A model generated the notes under the pieces. The model was not told the DNA's origin, did no database searches, and saw only the letters and a program-made list of their open reading frames with translations. Below are positions 40,846 to 51,457 of a stretch of 64,000 bases of DNA, piece by piece. Position 1 is the stretch's first letter, and every line of letters starts with the position of its first letter. The stretch comes from Chromatiales bacterium (lineage in GTDB: Bacteria; Pseudomonadota; Gammaproteobacteria; JAGRCI01), in contig JAGRGI010000032.1 of NCBI GenBank assembly GCA_020445565.1, positions 13,294-77,293 on the forward strand, given 5' to 3'. The position numbers and the translations under genes are program-made.

Positions 40846-41009
40846 GGCGACGGGATACTCGCTGGCGGTGGAATTCTACAATAGTAGCCCCAGCTTGCCG
40901 CGATACCTTGTGTGCCAGCCCATCTGGACCTGCACACCGTGGTTAGGGAATAGTCTCCCGATGGGTATATCCTTCCCGAACACACCTCTACCGGATACCG
41001 CTCCGAGGA

Positions 41010-42116
41010 ATGACTCCCCTATCGCGATACCGCCAAGACCTGGAACGGCCGGACTTCAACCATGATCCGGCCCAGGAACATGCGATCGGGCATCTGCAAC
41101 GGGTCTACGAAGCGCTGATTGCCACGCCGCGCGCGCCCTTGGCGGCGCGCGGCTTCTTGCAACGGCTTAGCCGCTCGGTGTTTGCGCCAAATGCAGAACC
41201 GGTACGCGGTTTGTATTTCTGGGGTGGCGTGGGACGGGGCAAGACCTATCTGGTGGATGCCTTTTACGATTGCCTGCCCTTCGAGGACAAACTTCGCCTG
41301 CACTTCCATCGATTCATGGAGCAGGTGCACGAAACCCTGAAGACCTACAAGGACCAGCAGAATCCCCTGGTGCTGGTGGGGCGGCAGTTTGCCGAAAATG
41401 CCCGCGTCATCTGTCTGGATGAATTCTTCGTTTCGGACATCACCGACGCCATGTTGTTGGCCGGCCTGCTCAATGCCCTTTTCGCCAACGGCGTCACCTT
41501 GGTATCTACCTCCAATATTCCGCCGGAACGGCTCTACTGGTCCGGCCTGCAAAGGGCTCGCTTCCTGCCGGCAATTGCGTTGTTGGAGCAATACACGCAA
41601 GTGGTGAACCTGGATGGCGGCACAGACTACCGGTTGCGCTATCTGGAAAAGGCCGAGGTCTACCACCACCCGCTGGATCGGCGGGCGGAGGAAATCATGG
41701 AAGAAAGCTTTCAACGCTTGGCACCGGAGCCCGGCCATCGCGGTGGCCATATCGAAGTGGAAGGCCGCCTGATCGCCACGCGCAGGGAGGCGGATGGGGT
41801 TGTCTGGTTCGACTTTCCCGCCATCTGCGACGGACCACGCAACACCTCGGATTACATCGAGATCGCCCGTTGTTACCACACGGCACTGATCTCAGGCGTA
41901 CCGGTATTCGACTGGCAGATGGAAAACCAGGCCAGACGGTTCCTCAACCTGGTGGATGAGTTCTACGACCGTGGCGTGAAATTGATTCTGTCCGCCTCAG
42001 CCCCCCTGGAAACCCTCTACCAGGGTGAGAAACTGGTTTTCGAGTACGAACGCGCCAGGAGCCGCCTGCACGAGATGCAGTCCACGCAATACCTGGCAAA
42101 GCCTCACCTGCCTTGA
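41010..42116 (+). CDS. zapE: cell division protein ZapE (AFG1-family ATPase)
   Basis: Walker A GGVGRGKTYL and an AFG1-like ATPase core. 368 aa. Confidence 0.85.
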   Translation: MTPLSRYRQDLERPDFNHDPAQEHAIGHLQRVYEALIATPRAPLAARGFLQRLSRSVFAPNAEPVRGLYFWGGVGRGKTYLVDAFYDCLPFEDKLRLHFHRFMEQVHETLKTYKDQQNPLVLVGRQFAENARVICLDEFFVSDITDAMLLAGLLNALFANGVTLVSTSNIPPERLYWSGLQRARFLPAIALLEQYTQVVNLDGGTDYRLRYLEKAEVYHHPLDRRAEEIMEESFQRLAPEPGHRGGHIEVEGRLIATRREADGVVWFDFPAICDGPRNTSDYIEIARCYHTALISGVPVFDWQMENQARRFLNLVDEFYDRGVKLILSASAPLETLYQGEKLVFEYERARSRLHEMQSTQYLAKPHLP

Positions 42117-42153
42117 AATCAGACGGCACCGGGTACGACCGGCGCCGTTCTTG

Positions 42154-43263
42154 TCAAAGTTCCCTCGCCCGGTAATAGGCTTTTTCAGACACGTCGTGCC
42201 AGGCCTGTACCTGCTTGCGAAACTTCTTTACCGAGTCGTACACCCGCGTGGAAAAAGCATCCTTTGCCGCAACTTCCGCCACCACTTCTTCCGACAGGGC
42301 CTTCAATTTCACCAGCACATCGTCGGGAAACGGGCGCAAATCGACGTTATGTTTCTCCACCAGGGTACTCAGGGCGCTGTTGTTGCGCGCGGTGTATTCC
42401 GCCAGCATGTCCTGGTTGATGACCTTGCAGGCGTTCATAACGATGGATTGCAGGTCCTCGGGGAGGGCCTCGAAGGCTTTTTTGTTGATGATCGCTTCCA
42501 GGGTGGTACCCGGCTCGTGCCAGCCAGGGTAGTAGTAGTACTTGGCCACCTTGTAGAAGCCGAAAGCCAGATCGTTGTAGGGGCCAACCCATTCGGTGGC
42601 GTCGATGGTGCCGGACTGCAAGGCGGTGAACAACTCGCCACCAGGCAGGTTCACCGGAGTTCCGCCGGCACGCTTGAGTACTTCGCCCCCCAGGCCCGGT
42701 ATGCGCATCTTCAGGCCCTCCAGATCTTTGAGCGAGTTGATCTCCTTGTTGAACCAACCGCCCATCTGCACGCCGGAATTGCCCGCCGCCGCCGGAATCA
42801 GACCGAATTGATCGTACAGCTCGGCCCATAATTCCATACCGCCGCCGTAGTACAGCCAGCCGTTCATCTCCTGAGCGTTAAAGCCGAAAGGCACGGTGGT
42901 GAAGAACTGCGCCGCCTCGCTCTTGCCTTTCCAGTAATAGGCCGCGCCATGCCCCAGCTCCGCGGTTCCCTCGGATACCGCATCGAAGGTCTGGAAGGCC
43001 GGTACCAGCTCACCGGCCCCGTATACCGTCACCTCGATGCGTCCGCCACTCATCTCGGTGATGAGCTCGGCCAGCTTGTTGGCGCTGGTTCCCAGGCCAG
43101 GAAAATTCTTTGGCCACGTGGTGACCATCTTCCACTTGATGGTTTCCCGCGGCTTGGCAGCGGCCGTACCGGCTACCTGGGGAGCCTCCTTCCCGCCACA
43201 GGCGGCCAAGGCACCGGCCGCCGCCAAGGCGCCAGCACCCTTGAGAAAATCGCGACGTTGCAT
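42154..43263 (-). CDS. TRAP-type transporter substrate-binding protein (DctP/TRAP-SBP family), Tat-exported
   Basis: Twin-arginine signal MQRRDFLKGAGALAAAGALAACGG, then a DctP-like SBP fold of about 345 aa. No dctQ/dctM adjacent. Confidence 0.7.
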   Translation of the reverse strand: MQRRDFLKGAGALAAAGALAACGGKEAPQVAGTAAAKPRETIKWKMVTTWPKNFPGLGTSANKLAELITEMSGGRIEVTVYGAGELVPAFQTFDAVSEGTAELGHGAAYYWKGKSEAAQFFTTVPFGFNAQEMNGWLYYGGGMELWAELYDQFGLIPAAAGNSGVQMGGWFNKEINSLKDLEGLKMRIPGLGGEVLKRAGGTPVNLPGGELFTALQSGTIDATEWVGPYNDLAFGFYKVAKYYYYPGWHEPGTTLEAIINKKAFEALPEDLQSIVMNACKVINQDMLAEYTARNNSALSTLVEKHNVDLRPFPDDVLVKLKALSEEVVAEVAAKDAFSTRVYDSVKKFRKQVQAWHDVSEKAYYRAREL

Positions 43264-43362
43264 GAGTCCTCCTATCAAACAGATTGAGTGGCAATGGGGC
43301 TCGGCTGCCGAACGCTGATGCGGCATTCGCCGACAGCGAAAGTCATCATTGGAATCGCAGCT

Positions 43363-45513
43363 TCAAACCGTCTGCAAATTGGCATAGGACACGACCAGCC
43401 ATTTGGTCCCCACGGCTTCGAAATTCACCTGTACTCTGGCGCTGTGACCTTGACCTTCGTAGTTGAGCACCACACCCTCCCCGAATTTGGCATGCAACAC
43501 ACGCTGCCCAAGATTCAGTCCTGACGGAGTTTCGGCCCAGGTACGCTGAGTGAAGGCCGCCGGCCGGACCGGGGAGACGCGGGGACGGACCTCCGCAATA
43601 AATTCGCTCGGGATTTCGCGCAGGAAACGCGACGGCAGGCCATGGCGTTCCATCCCCTGAAAACGGCGGGACTCGGCAAAGCTGAGGGTCAGCGTCCGCA
43701 TGGCCCGGGTCAGCCCCACGTAGCATAGACGCCGTTCCTCCTCCAGGCGAACCGGGTCTTCGACGGAGCGCTGGTGCGGAAACAGCCCTTCTTCCAGGCC
43801 GGCGATGAACACCAGTGGAAATTCCAGCCCCTTGGCGGAATGCAAGGTCATCAGCTGCACACAGTCGTCCCCGGAAGCACCCTGTCCCTCCCCCGCTTCC
43901 AGGGCCGCGTGGGCCAGGAAGGCGTCCACTGGGCTCATGTCTTCATCCATCGGCTCGTACTGGCTGGCGGCCGATTGCAGTTCCTCAAGGTTCTCAACCC
44001 TGTCCTGCCCTTTGCCTGACTTGTCCTTTTCGTGATGGGGGATCAGACCGCTGTGGGCGATGACATGCTCCATGCGGTCGCCCAGATCCGCCGCTTCGGT
44101 GTCCCGGTCCAGCCGTTCCACCAGTTCCAGGAAACCGCGCAGGGCATTGGCTGCACGGGTCGCCAGGGCGTTTTCCTGCAACAGCCGGCTGGCCGCCAGC
44201 CACAGAGAGCTATCGTCACGGCGTGCCCGTTCGCGCACCATCGCCACCGTGCGCTCGCCAACGCCGCGGGTGGGGGTGTTCACCACCCGCTCAAAGGAGG
44301 GGTCGTCGTCGCGATGGACCACCAGACGCAGGTAGGACAGCGCATCCTTGATCTCCGCGCGCTCGAAAAATCGCAGACCACCGTAAACCCGGTAGGGAAT
44401 ACGCTCGACGATCAGGGCCTCTTCCAACTGGCGGGATTGGGCATTGGACCGATACAGTACGGCACATTCGCGGTAGCTCTGGCCCTGGTCCACGGCGTCG
44501 CGCACCCGTGCGGCAATGTAGCGCGCCTCGTCCACTTCGTTGAAGGCGGCATAGAGCTGAATGGGTTCCCCATCGGCACCGGCGGTCCAGAGTTCCTTGC
44601 CCAGGCGCCCCGTGTTGTTGCGTATCAGCGCGTTGGCGGCCTTGAGTATCGTGCCGGTGGAGCGGTAATTCTGCTCCAGCCGCACCAATCGGCAGTCCGG
44701 ATAATCCTGTTGAAAGCTGTGGATGTTCTCGATACGAGCGCCGCGCCAGCCATAGATGGACTGATCGTCATCCCCAACGATGAACAGATTGCCCCGCGTA
44801 CCGGCCAACAGTCTCAGCCAGGCGTATTGCAGGGGATTGGTGTCCTGAAACTCGTCCACCAGGATATGCCGGAAACGCTCCCGGTAGTGTGCGAGGATGT
44901 CCGGATTGTCTCTCCACAGTTCATGGGCGCGCAGCAGCAGTTCGGCAAAGTCCACCTGACCGGAGCGTTCGCAGGCATCCTGATAGCGCTGATAGGCGGC
45001 AATCAGTCGGCGTTCCGTGGGATCGCCGCCGTCGTCCAGGTGTTGGGGGCGGCGGCCTTCGTCTTTGTGCTGGTTGATGAACCACTGCACCTGACGCGGC
45101 GGAAACTGGGCCTCATCCAGCTCCATCTCGCGAACGATGCGGCGCACCAGACGGTATTGGTCGTCGGCGTCCAGGATCTGAAATGCCTGGGGTAGTCCCG
45201 CTTCCTGCCAATGGCGCCGCAGCAGACGATGTGCCAGGCCGTGGAAGGTCCCGACCCACATACCGCCCGGTGGTGTACCGAGCAGTTCCTCGGTGCGCGA
45301 GCGCATCTCGGCGGCGGCCTTGTTGGTGAAGGTCACTGCCAACACGGCATAAGGGGATACGGTCTCCACACGCACCAGCCAGGCGATGCGATGCACCAAA
45401 ACGCGGGTCTTGCCGCTGCCGGCACCGGCGAGTACCAGAGTGTGTCCGGGCGGGCAGGTGACTGCCTCGCGCTGTGCGTCGTTGAGTGAGTCAAGTAGAT
45501 AGGAAACATCCAT
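43363..45513 (-). CDS. uvrD: ATP-dependent DNA helicase II (UvrD/Rep superfamily 1)
   Basis: Start at MDVSYLLDSLNDAQREAV. Motif I AGAGSGKTRVL and all SF1 helicase motifs. About 716 aa, UvrD-sized. Confidence 0.9.
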   Translation of the reverse strand: MDVSYLLDSLNDAQREAVTCPPGHTLVLAGAGSGKTRVLVHRIAWLVRVETVSPYAVLAVTFTNKAAAEMRSRTEELLGTPPGGMWVGTFHGLAHRLLRRHWQEAGLPQAFQILDADDQYRLVRRIVREMELDEAQFPPRQVQWFINQHKDEGRRPQHLDDGGDPTERRLIAAYQRYQDACERSGQVDFAELLLRAHELWRDNPDILAHYRERFRHILVDEFQDTNPLQYAWLRLLAGTRGNLFIVGDDDQSIYGWRGARIENIHSFQQDYPDCRLVRLEQNYRSTGTILKAANALIRNNTGRLGKELWTAGADGEPIQLYAAFNEVDEARYIAARVRDAVDQGQSYRECAVLYRSNAQSRQLEEALIVERIPYRVYGGLRFFERAEIKDALSYLRLVVHRDDDPSFERVVNTPTRGVGERTVAMVRERARRDDSSLWLAASRLLQENALATRAANALRGFLELVERLDRDTEAADLGDRMEHVIAHSGLIPHHEKDKSGKGQDRVENLEELQSAASQYEPMDEDMSPVDAFLAHAALEAGEGQGASGDDCVQLMTLHSAKGLEFPLVFIAGLEEGLFPHQRSVEDPVRLEEERRLCYVGLTRAMRTLTLSFAESRRFQGMERHGLPSRFLREIPSEFIAEVRPRVSPVRPAAFTQRTWAETPSGLNLGQRVLHAKFGEGVVLNYEGQGHSARVQVNFEAVGTKWLVVSYANLQTV

Positions 45514-45588
45514 GGCCGGCAATTCTACCCCAGACTGGAGGCTTTTCGGCCACCGACCGTGCAGGCGCAGCATCTGGTGCTTTGGCAT

Positions 45589-47025
45589 TCAGGCCAGGGG
45601 AAGACTGACAACCAGTTCGAATCGACTTCCCTCACCAGGCTGAGACTCCAGGCGGATACTGCCACCCATCGCCTTGAGGATACGCCGGGTGATCGCCAAA
45701 CCAAGTCCAGCGCCACCGTAAGCGCGGGTGTTCTCCTGATCCACCTGCTGGAAGGCTTCGAAGATACTCTCACGTTGATCGTCGGCTATGCCAATGCCGG
45801 TATCGCTCACCTGGAAACGCAGTTCTATCCTGCCCTGGGACGCTTCGCCACTCGCCAGCAACAGTTCGACCGAGCCCCGCGGCGTGAACTTGACCGCGTT
45901 GTTGGCAACCTTCGACAGGGCCTGACGAAGGCGGGCAGGATCACCCAGCACGGTGGGAACCTCCCGTGTTTTAAGCCGCAATTCCAATCCCTTGGCCTGG
46001 GCAGCGGTGCGCACCGTCTCGGCCACTTCCTCCAGCAGCGACTGCGGGTCAAAGGCAACCAGTTGCAGCTGCATTTCTTCATCGTCCAGATGGGAGAAGT
46101 CGAGCACGTCGTCGATGAGGGCCATCATCTCGCGCCCGGATTCCAGTATGGTGTGAACGCACTCGCGCTGATCCTCGTCCAGCTCCATGGTCTCCAACAA
46201 CTGAGCCATGCCCAGGACGCCATTCATGGGGGTACGAATTTCATGGCTGATGGTCGCGAGAAACTGACTCTTGGCCCTGGCACCGGCCTCAGCGGCATCG
46301 CGGGCCTCGATCAGATCGGCGGTCTGCTCGCGAATTTTGCGCTCCATGGAGGTCTGCAACTCGGTCAGTTCCAGGCCGTTCTGTTTGAACACGTCGATCG
46401 CGCGCGCTACACGGCCAATCTCGTCTTCGCGGGCAAGATACGGGACCGCCACCCCATAGTCATGGGCCGCCAGACGCCGCATGGCCTCGGCCAAGCCCGT
46501 CAAAGGTCGGGTAAGCCAGCGTAATAAAAAGATGATCACCAAAAAATTCAACACCACCAGCAGACCCAACTCCAGGCCGCCCTCGATGATGCGCCGCTCA
46601 AGAAACTCCCTCAGGCGGTCAGTGGATAACGCCAAAGTCAGATGGCCGATAGATTCTGCCTCACCCGAACTTCCGGTCGGAGCAAGGATGTCAATCTGCG
46701 TATGCAGCGAAGCCGATTCGGCGTCGTCGCCGATCCGCACGAACACGAGACCGGCGGCGTCGTGGATCGCCGCGGCGGCCACATCGGGGTCCAGACGAAG
46801 CGCCGAAAGCACGTTGCCGGCGGTCAGTTCGTCGAAATTCCACATCGGTAGCCGTAGAGACTCGGCGGTACTCTGCGCCAGGATAGAGGCCCGCTGAGCA
46901 AGAAACTCATTGCGTTCGACCCAGGCTCGCGCAATGTCGACACCGATGACGCTGGCTTCGATCACCGATGTCAATGCCACGAATCCGAGGATCAGACGCC
47001 ACCGGTAGCTAATGGCAAGCCTCAT
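45589..47025 (-). CDS. sensor histidine kinase (periplasmic sensor, HAMP, HisKA, HATPase_c)
   Basis: TM1, a roughly 130-aa periplasmic region, TM2, HAMP, H-box ISHEIRTPMNGVLG, and N/G1/G2 boxes. No response regulator adjacent. Confidence 0.85.
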   Translation of the reverse strand: MRLAISYRWRLILGFVALTSVIEASVIGVDIARAWVERNEFLAQRASILAQSTAESLRLPMWNFDELTAGNVLSALRLDPDVAAAAIHDAAGLVFVRIGDDAESASLHTQIDILAPTGSSGEAESIGHLTLALSTDRLREFLERRIIEGGLELGLLVVLNFLVIIFLLRWLTRPLTGLAEAMRRLAAHDYGVAVPYLAREDEIGRVARAIDVFKQNGLELTELQTSMERKIREQTADLIEARDAAEAGARAKSQFLATISHEIRTPMNGVLGMAQLLETMELDEDQRECVHTILESGREMMALIDDVLDFSHLDDEEMQLQLVAFDPQSLLEEVAETVRTAAQAKGLELRLKTREVPTVLGDPARLRQALSKVANNAVKFTPRGSVELLLASGEASQGRIELRFQVSDTGIGIADDQRESIFEAFQQVDQENTRAYGGAGLGLAITRRILKAMGGSIRLESQPGEGSRFELVVSLPLA

Positions 47026-47176
47026 GATAACGGCGTCGTTTGCGCAGACGCAGTCTCTGGGAGCCTGTCCGGGAATGGAGGAGAGCCTACTGCGAAAACG
47101 CCATTTTGGCCCATTTCTCCGTCCATTTTCGTTAAATAGAGCCGGCTGTTCGCCTCAAATGGCCGAAGAAATGGAC

Positions 47177-47977
47177 TCAAAATGGCGCCTCCTCGCTACG
47201 GCCCCCATGCTCGGACAAGCTCCCGGCACGTACGACCCCGGCAATTCCCCAGCGCTCTTGCAGCTCGCCGACACGATCACGATTGTTTACCAGCCACTCG
47301 TTGAGTTCACCGATCAGCTGCGGGTGATTGAGCGTCGACACGTGGTAGTGCCCCCTGTTGTGTGGCAGAGATTCGTCAAATACCAGGGCTGCGGAAACGT
47401 CTGCGATACGGGCGAGCAGATTAGTGGCAACCGCCACATTGACATAGGCACCATTGAGGCGTCCCGCTAAAACCTGTCGCAGAAGACCAAGTAGGCTATT
47501 GTTTTCACTGATATCTATATTTCCTTTGCGGGTCGGTAACAACAGCGGCCAGGGAGAAAAGCCCCGTATCGTCCCGATACGTAAGGGGACGTCCTGTTGC
47601 CGCCCATGGAATTGCGACCGAACCATCACGCCATCCAGAAATGGGGCGATGTCCAGACTGTACGTCAGGGTTCGCTCCTCCCGAAGCTCCTTGCGCCAGC
47701 TGGGATTGTCAGGGAACTTGAAGTCGATAGTACCTTCTAGCAGCGCACGGTAGAGGCGTTCGACGGGCAGCGGACGGTATTCGATCCGATGCCCGCTATC
47801 CTCGGCGAAGGCATCGAACAGTTGCCGGGAATAGCCAACGTACTCACCGTTCTCCAGGGTGTAATAGGGCAGGTAGTCCAGCTGCTCCACACCCACGACC
47901 AGAGTTCCGGCACGGCCCGCGGAGGCCAAAAGCAGGCCCCAGGCGATCGCGAGGATGCCAATGACATTTTTTACCAT
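47177..47977 (-). CDS. periplasmic solute-binding protein (SBP_bac_3/amino-acid-binding fold), likely sensor partner
   Basis: Signal peptide MVKNVIGILAIAWGLLLASAGRA plus a family-3 SBP fold. Directly upstream of, and co-oriented with, the sensor kinase. Confidence 0.65.
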   Translation of the reverse strand: MVKNVIGILAIAWGLLLASAGRAGTLVVGVEQLDYLPYYTLENGEYVGYSRQLFDAFAEDSGHRIEYRPLPVERLYRALLEGTIDFKFPDNPSWRKELREERTLTYSLDIAPFLDGVMVRSQFHGRQQDVPLRIGTIRGFSPWPLLLPTRKGNIDISENNSLLGLLRQVLAGRLNGAYVNVAVATNLLARIADVSAALVFDESLPHNRGHYHVSTLNHPQLIGELNEWLVNNRDRVGELQERWGIAGVVRAGSLSEHGGRSEEAPF

Positions 47978-47994
47978 TTCGCTTGCACGTATCG

Positions 47995-49833
47995 CTATTT
48001 GCCCATTTGACGTTCGACATCCGGGCCAGTGGCAGGGGCCGCGTCGGGATCGGGCGAGACCAACGCAACCAGTGTCCACCCGGCCTCTGGTTGCGGCGTG
48101 CTCTGGCTGGTGTAGAAGCGTAACCGTCCCTTGGGATCGATGGCAAACAAAGGCAATGCCCGCTCTCCATGGGTTGCCCGGTAGTCCTCAAGGCCAAAGG
48201 CGTCGGTCAGTAGAGTGTCGCGAATCTGCGCGCCGCGTGCCAGACGCCCGGCAAGTTCGCCATAGGTCGCCTTTTCGCCGAACAACATGGCTGCCTCGTC
48301 GGCATGAACCCCCTGTTTGTCCGGGTCCTCAATGCGTTTGTGCCGCAGGGTATAGATGGCGTCCGGGCCGAACTCCGAACGAAACCTCAGGGCAGCCAGG
48401 GCGTTGAGGTCGTCGCTATTGGACAGCCCCAACATGCGTCCTATGCCCACCAGGTCGAGGGTTCGGTCCGCGTGTTCTGAGGTAGCCAGACCGTAGAAGG
48501 TCGGCAGACCCTCCATGCGGGCGGTCTTGACGTTGTTCCAACTGGTGTCGGTCAAACGCACCCGAAATCCATGCTGCTTGAGCGACTTGGCCAGCTCACG
48601 GGAAAAGGGATTGGCACCGATAACGAGAAACCCCATGGGCTCCGGCTCGGCCACGCCGAGACGCCGGGCCAGGGGACCGGCGGTAGCGCTTTGCAGCACC
48701 ACGGTGCCGATAATGACCATGAAGGTCAACGGCACCAGCAGGTCGGCATTCTCGAAACCAGCCCCTTCCAGACGCAGGGCGAACAGGGCCGAAACCGCCG
48801 CGGCAACGATGCCGCGGGGAGCGATCCAGGCAAGCAGGGCGCGCTCTTCGCGTTTGAGATCCGAGCCCAGCGTGCAGATCCAGACCTTAGCCGGCCTGGC
48901 CAGGAATTGCATCGCCAGAAAAACCCACAGCGCACCCCAACCCAACTTGGCCAGCTGATCAAATTGGATACGCGCCGCCAGCAAGATGAACAGGCCGGAG
49001 ATCAACAGCAGGCTGAGATGCTCCTTGAAACTCAGAATACCCTCCATGTTCACCTTCGGCATATTGGCCAGACGCAGGCCCATGACGGTGACCGCCAACA
49101 GTCCCGATTCCTCCTGCAAGAGATTGGAACCGCTGAATACCCCCAGGACCAGGGCCAGGGCGGCGGTATTGTGCAAATATTCCGGCAGCCAGCGTCGCCG
49201 CAGGATGAGGCCGAGAAACTCGGCACCGGCGAGGCCGGACAATGAACCGATCAGAATAAGCTCTCCCAGCGAAAGCCCCACATGGGCCAGGGCTCCGTTG
49301 CCGGCGCTGCTAAGGAGGTATTCCAACACCAATACCGCCAGGATGGCGCCCACCGGATCGATCACGATCCCTTCCCAGCGCAGGATATTGGCGATACGGG
49401 CATTGGGGCGGACCGTGCGCAGCATTGGCACGATCACGGTCGGTCCGGTCACCACCGTGATGGCACCAAACAGCCAGGCCAGCGCCCAGGAAAAACCCAG
49501 GGCGTAGTGAGTCACCAGTGCCGTAATCACCCAGGTGACCAGAATCCCCACGCTCACCAGGCGCCAAACCACGGACTGCACCCCCTTGATCTCGCGAAAC
49601 TTGAGGGTGAGGCTCCCTTCGAACAGGATGACCGCCACCGACAAACTCACAATGGGCAGCAGCAGCGGTCCGAACAGTTGATCAGGCTGCAGCAACCCGG
49701 TGACCGGCCCTACCACGATACCGGTCAATAACAAAAACAAGATGGCGGGGAGTTTGGCGCGCCAGGCCAGCCACTGGCTGGCCAGAATCAACAGACCTAT
49801 GCCGGCCAGGGTGAGGAGGATTTTTTCATTCAT
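47995..49833 (-). CDS. monovalent cation:proton antiporter (CPA1/NhaP-type) with C-terminal regulatory domain
   Basis: 612 aa. An N-terminal Na+/H+ exchanger membrane domain of about 400 aa, then a soluble Rossmann-like (TrkA/KTN-like) tail. Start overlaps the xerC stop by 4 nt. Confidence 0.8.
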   Translation of the reverse strand: MNEKILLTLAGIGLLILASQWLAWRAKLPAILFLLLTGIVVGPVTGLLQPDQLFGPLLLPIVSLSVAVILFEGSLTLKFREIKGVQSVVWRLVSVGILVTWVITALVTHYALGFSWALAWLFGAITVVTGPTVIVPMLRTVRPNARIANILRWEGIVIDPVGAILAVLVLEYLLSSAGNGALAHVGLSLGELILIGSLSGLAGAEFLGLILRRRWLPEYLHNTAALALVLGVFSGSNLLQEESGLLAVTVMGLRLANMPKVNMEGILSFKEHLSLLLISGLFILLAARIQFDQLAKLGWGALWVFLAMQFLARPAKVWICTLGSDLKREERALLAWIAPRGIVAAAVSALFALRLEGAGFENADLLVPLTFMVIIGTVVLQSATAGPLARRLGVAEPEPMGFLVIGANPFSRELAKSLKQHGFRVRLTDTSWNNVKTARMEGLPTFYGLATSEHADRTLDLVGIGRMLGLSNSDDLNALAALRFRSEFGPDAIYTLRHKRIEDPDKQGVHADEAAMLFGEKATYGELAGRLARGAQIRDTLLTDAFGLEDYRATHGERALPLFAIDPKGRLRFYTSQSTPQPEAGWTLVALVSPDPDAAPATGPDVERQMGK

Positions 49834-50720
49834 CGCTTACGGGCGCGGGGATGGGCTTGGTCGTAAACCTGGGCAAGGTGTTGAAAATCCAGATGGGTAT
49901 ACACCTGGGTGGTGGACAAATTGGCATGACCGAGCAATTCCTGCACGGCGCGCAGATCGCCGCTGGACTCCAACAAGTGCGAGGCGAAAGAGTGCCGCAG
50001 CTTATGCGGATGCAGATGGCTCGGCACACCGTTGCGAACCGCCCAGCGCTGCAGCCTGGCCTGCACGTTGCGTGCGCTGATCCTGCCGCCTTGCTGGCTC
50101 AGGAACAAGGCCCGTTGCGACAAGTCGGCAAGGCCGGAACGGATGGTCAGCCAACGCTCGATAGCGAGTCTGGCCTTGTTGCCAACCGGCAGATCGCGGG
50201 CCTTGCTTCCCTTGCCGACTACCCGGATTTCGCCGGCTGCCAAGTCCAGATCCTCCAGATTGGCTCCCACCAGCTCGGCCAGTCTCAGGCCGCTGGAATA
50301 GAACAGCTCCAGCATGGCCAGGTCGCGAATCTCCAGCGGATCGACCGTGTCCACCTCAAGCAGCGCACCGACTTGGTCAACGTCCAGGGTCTTGGGCAGT
50401 GGTTTGTCCGCCTTGGGTGCAGAAAGCAGGCGTGCCGGGTTGCTGTCGGTGAGCCCCTCGCGCCGAAGAAAACGGTACAAGGCCCGAACGGCGGAAAGTC
50501 GCCTTTGCAGGCTGCGGGGACTCATTCCCTTGCGGTGCTGCTCCCCCAGCCAGCACCGCAAATCCGCCTCGCCGAGTTCATCCCAGGCGCTGCGGTCATT
50601 GCGCCGACACCAGGCGATGACGCCGTCGAGGTCACGCCGATAGGCGGATTCCGTGTGAGCCGAGAGTCCGCGCTCCTTGCTCAGGTGGCGCAGAAAGGCA
50701 TCTCGGGGCTGTTCCAGCAA
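49830..50720 (-). CDS. xerC: site-specific tyrosine recombinase XerC
   Basis: Catalytic R...HxxR...Y residues (RHSFASHLL...GHANLSTTQVYTHL). Conserved dapF-yigA-xerC synteny. Confidence 0.9.
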   Translation of the reverse strand: MLEQPRDAFLRHLSKERGLSAHTESAYRRDLDGVIAWCRRNDRSAWDELGEADLRCWLGEQHRKGMSPRSLQRRLSAVRALYRFLRREGLTDSNPARLLSAPKADKPLPKTLDVDQVGALLEVDTVDPLEIRDLAMLELFYSSGLRLAELVGANLEDLDLAAGEIRVVGKGSKARDLPVGNKARLAIERWLTIRSGLADLSQRALFLSQQGGRISARNVQARLQRWAVRNGVPSHLHPHKLRHSFASHLLESSGDLRAVQELLGHANLSTTQVYTHLDFQHLAQVYDQAHPRARKR

Positions 50721-50734
50721 GTCGCCCAGGGCGC

Positions 50735-51457
50735 TCAGCTCCCGTCCCGCAGGGACTCCAGAAAATACTTGCGCAAGGCACGATCCAGAAGCTCACCCAA
50801 CTGCACCAGAAACAGCGTGCCCATACCGGGTTGATAGCGATGGGGATCGCGACTGCCGATGCCGAGCACGCCACTGAAATCGAGACTCTCAATGGGCACC
50901 ACCGCCGCAGAGGCGACCTGATTGGCCTGGGAGCCGAACAGGGCGTCGAGTTGCTCGGCACGAAGACGGCCACACATCGGGTTACCCGTGGCGAACTGAT
51001 GTTCGAACAGCGCGCGCATGGGCTTTGGACCGATGCTCAGGCCGGCGCGCTCCATGGTGGCAAGGGCATGGGCCGCCGGGTCCAGGCGCAGGCCGAAAAA
51101 ATCAGCCTGGAAATCCTGTTCGAGCCCCTCCTGTAACTGTGCCAACAGATCATCCAGGCCCTTTGCCTCCAACAGATTGAAGGTGAGCCGCTGCATGCGT
51201 GAGTTGAGCCGATCGTTACCCTTGGCGACATCGACAATCTCGCTCAATTGTTTACGCAGCTCCTTGTTTTCTTTGCGAAGTTGCGCCACTTGCCGTTCGA
51301 TCAGGGATACCGCCGTACCACTGGGATGAGGTACGCGCAGATCCTTCAGCAGGTAAAGGTGGCGCTCAAAGAACTCCGGGTGCTGGAGCAGATAGTCGGC
51401 GACTTGGCGTTCCGCGCTGGGCGCGCCCCTCGACGGTTTGATTTCAGGGTCGCTCAT
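50735..51457 (-). CDS. DUF484 family protein (YigA-like)
   Basis: 240-aa protein with a GAF-like fold, sitting in the canonical position between dapF and xerC. Confidence 0.8.
   Translation of the reverse strand: MSDPEIKPSRGAPSAERQVADYLLQHPEFFERHLYLLKDLRVPHPSGTAVSLIERQVAQLRKENKELRKQLSEIVDVAKGNDRLNSRMQRLTFNLLEAKGLDDLLAQLQEGLEQDFQADFFGLRLDPAAHALATMERAGLSIGPKPMRALFEHQFATGNPMCGRLRAEQLDALFGSQANQVASAAVVPIESLDFSGVLGIGSRDPHRYQPGMGTLFLVQLGELLDRALRKYFLESLRDGS

Noticed and set aside
42117-42153. Possible bidirectional terminator between zapE and the TRAP SBP gene
   Set aside because: The inverted repeat (ACGGCACCGG...CCGGCGCCGT) is imperfect and lacks flanking T-runs. Too weak to call.
45559-46524. 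321-aa plus-strand ORF
   Set aside because: Antisense to the sensor kinase gene, which has clear H-box and ATPase motifs.
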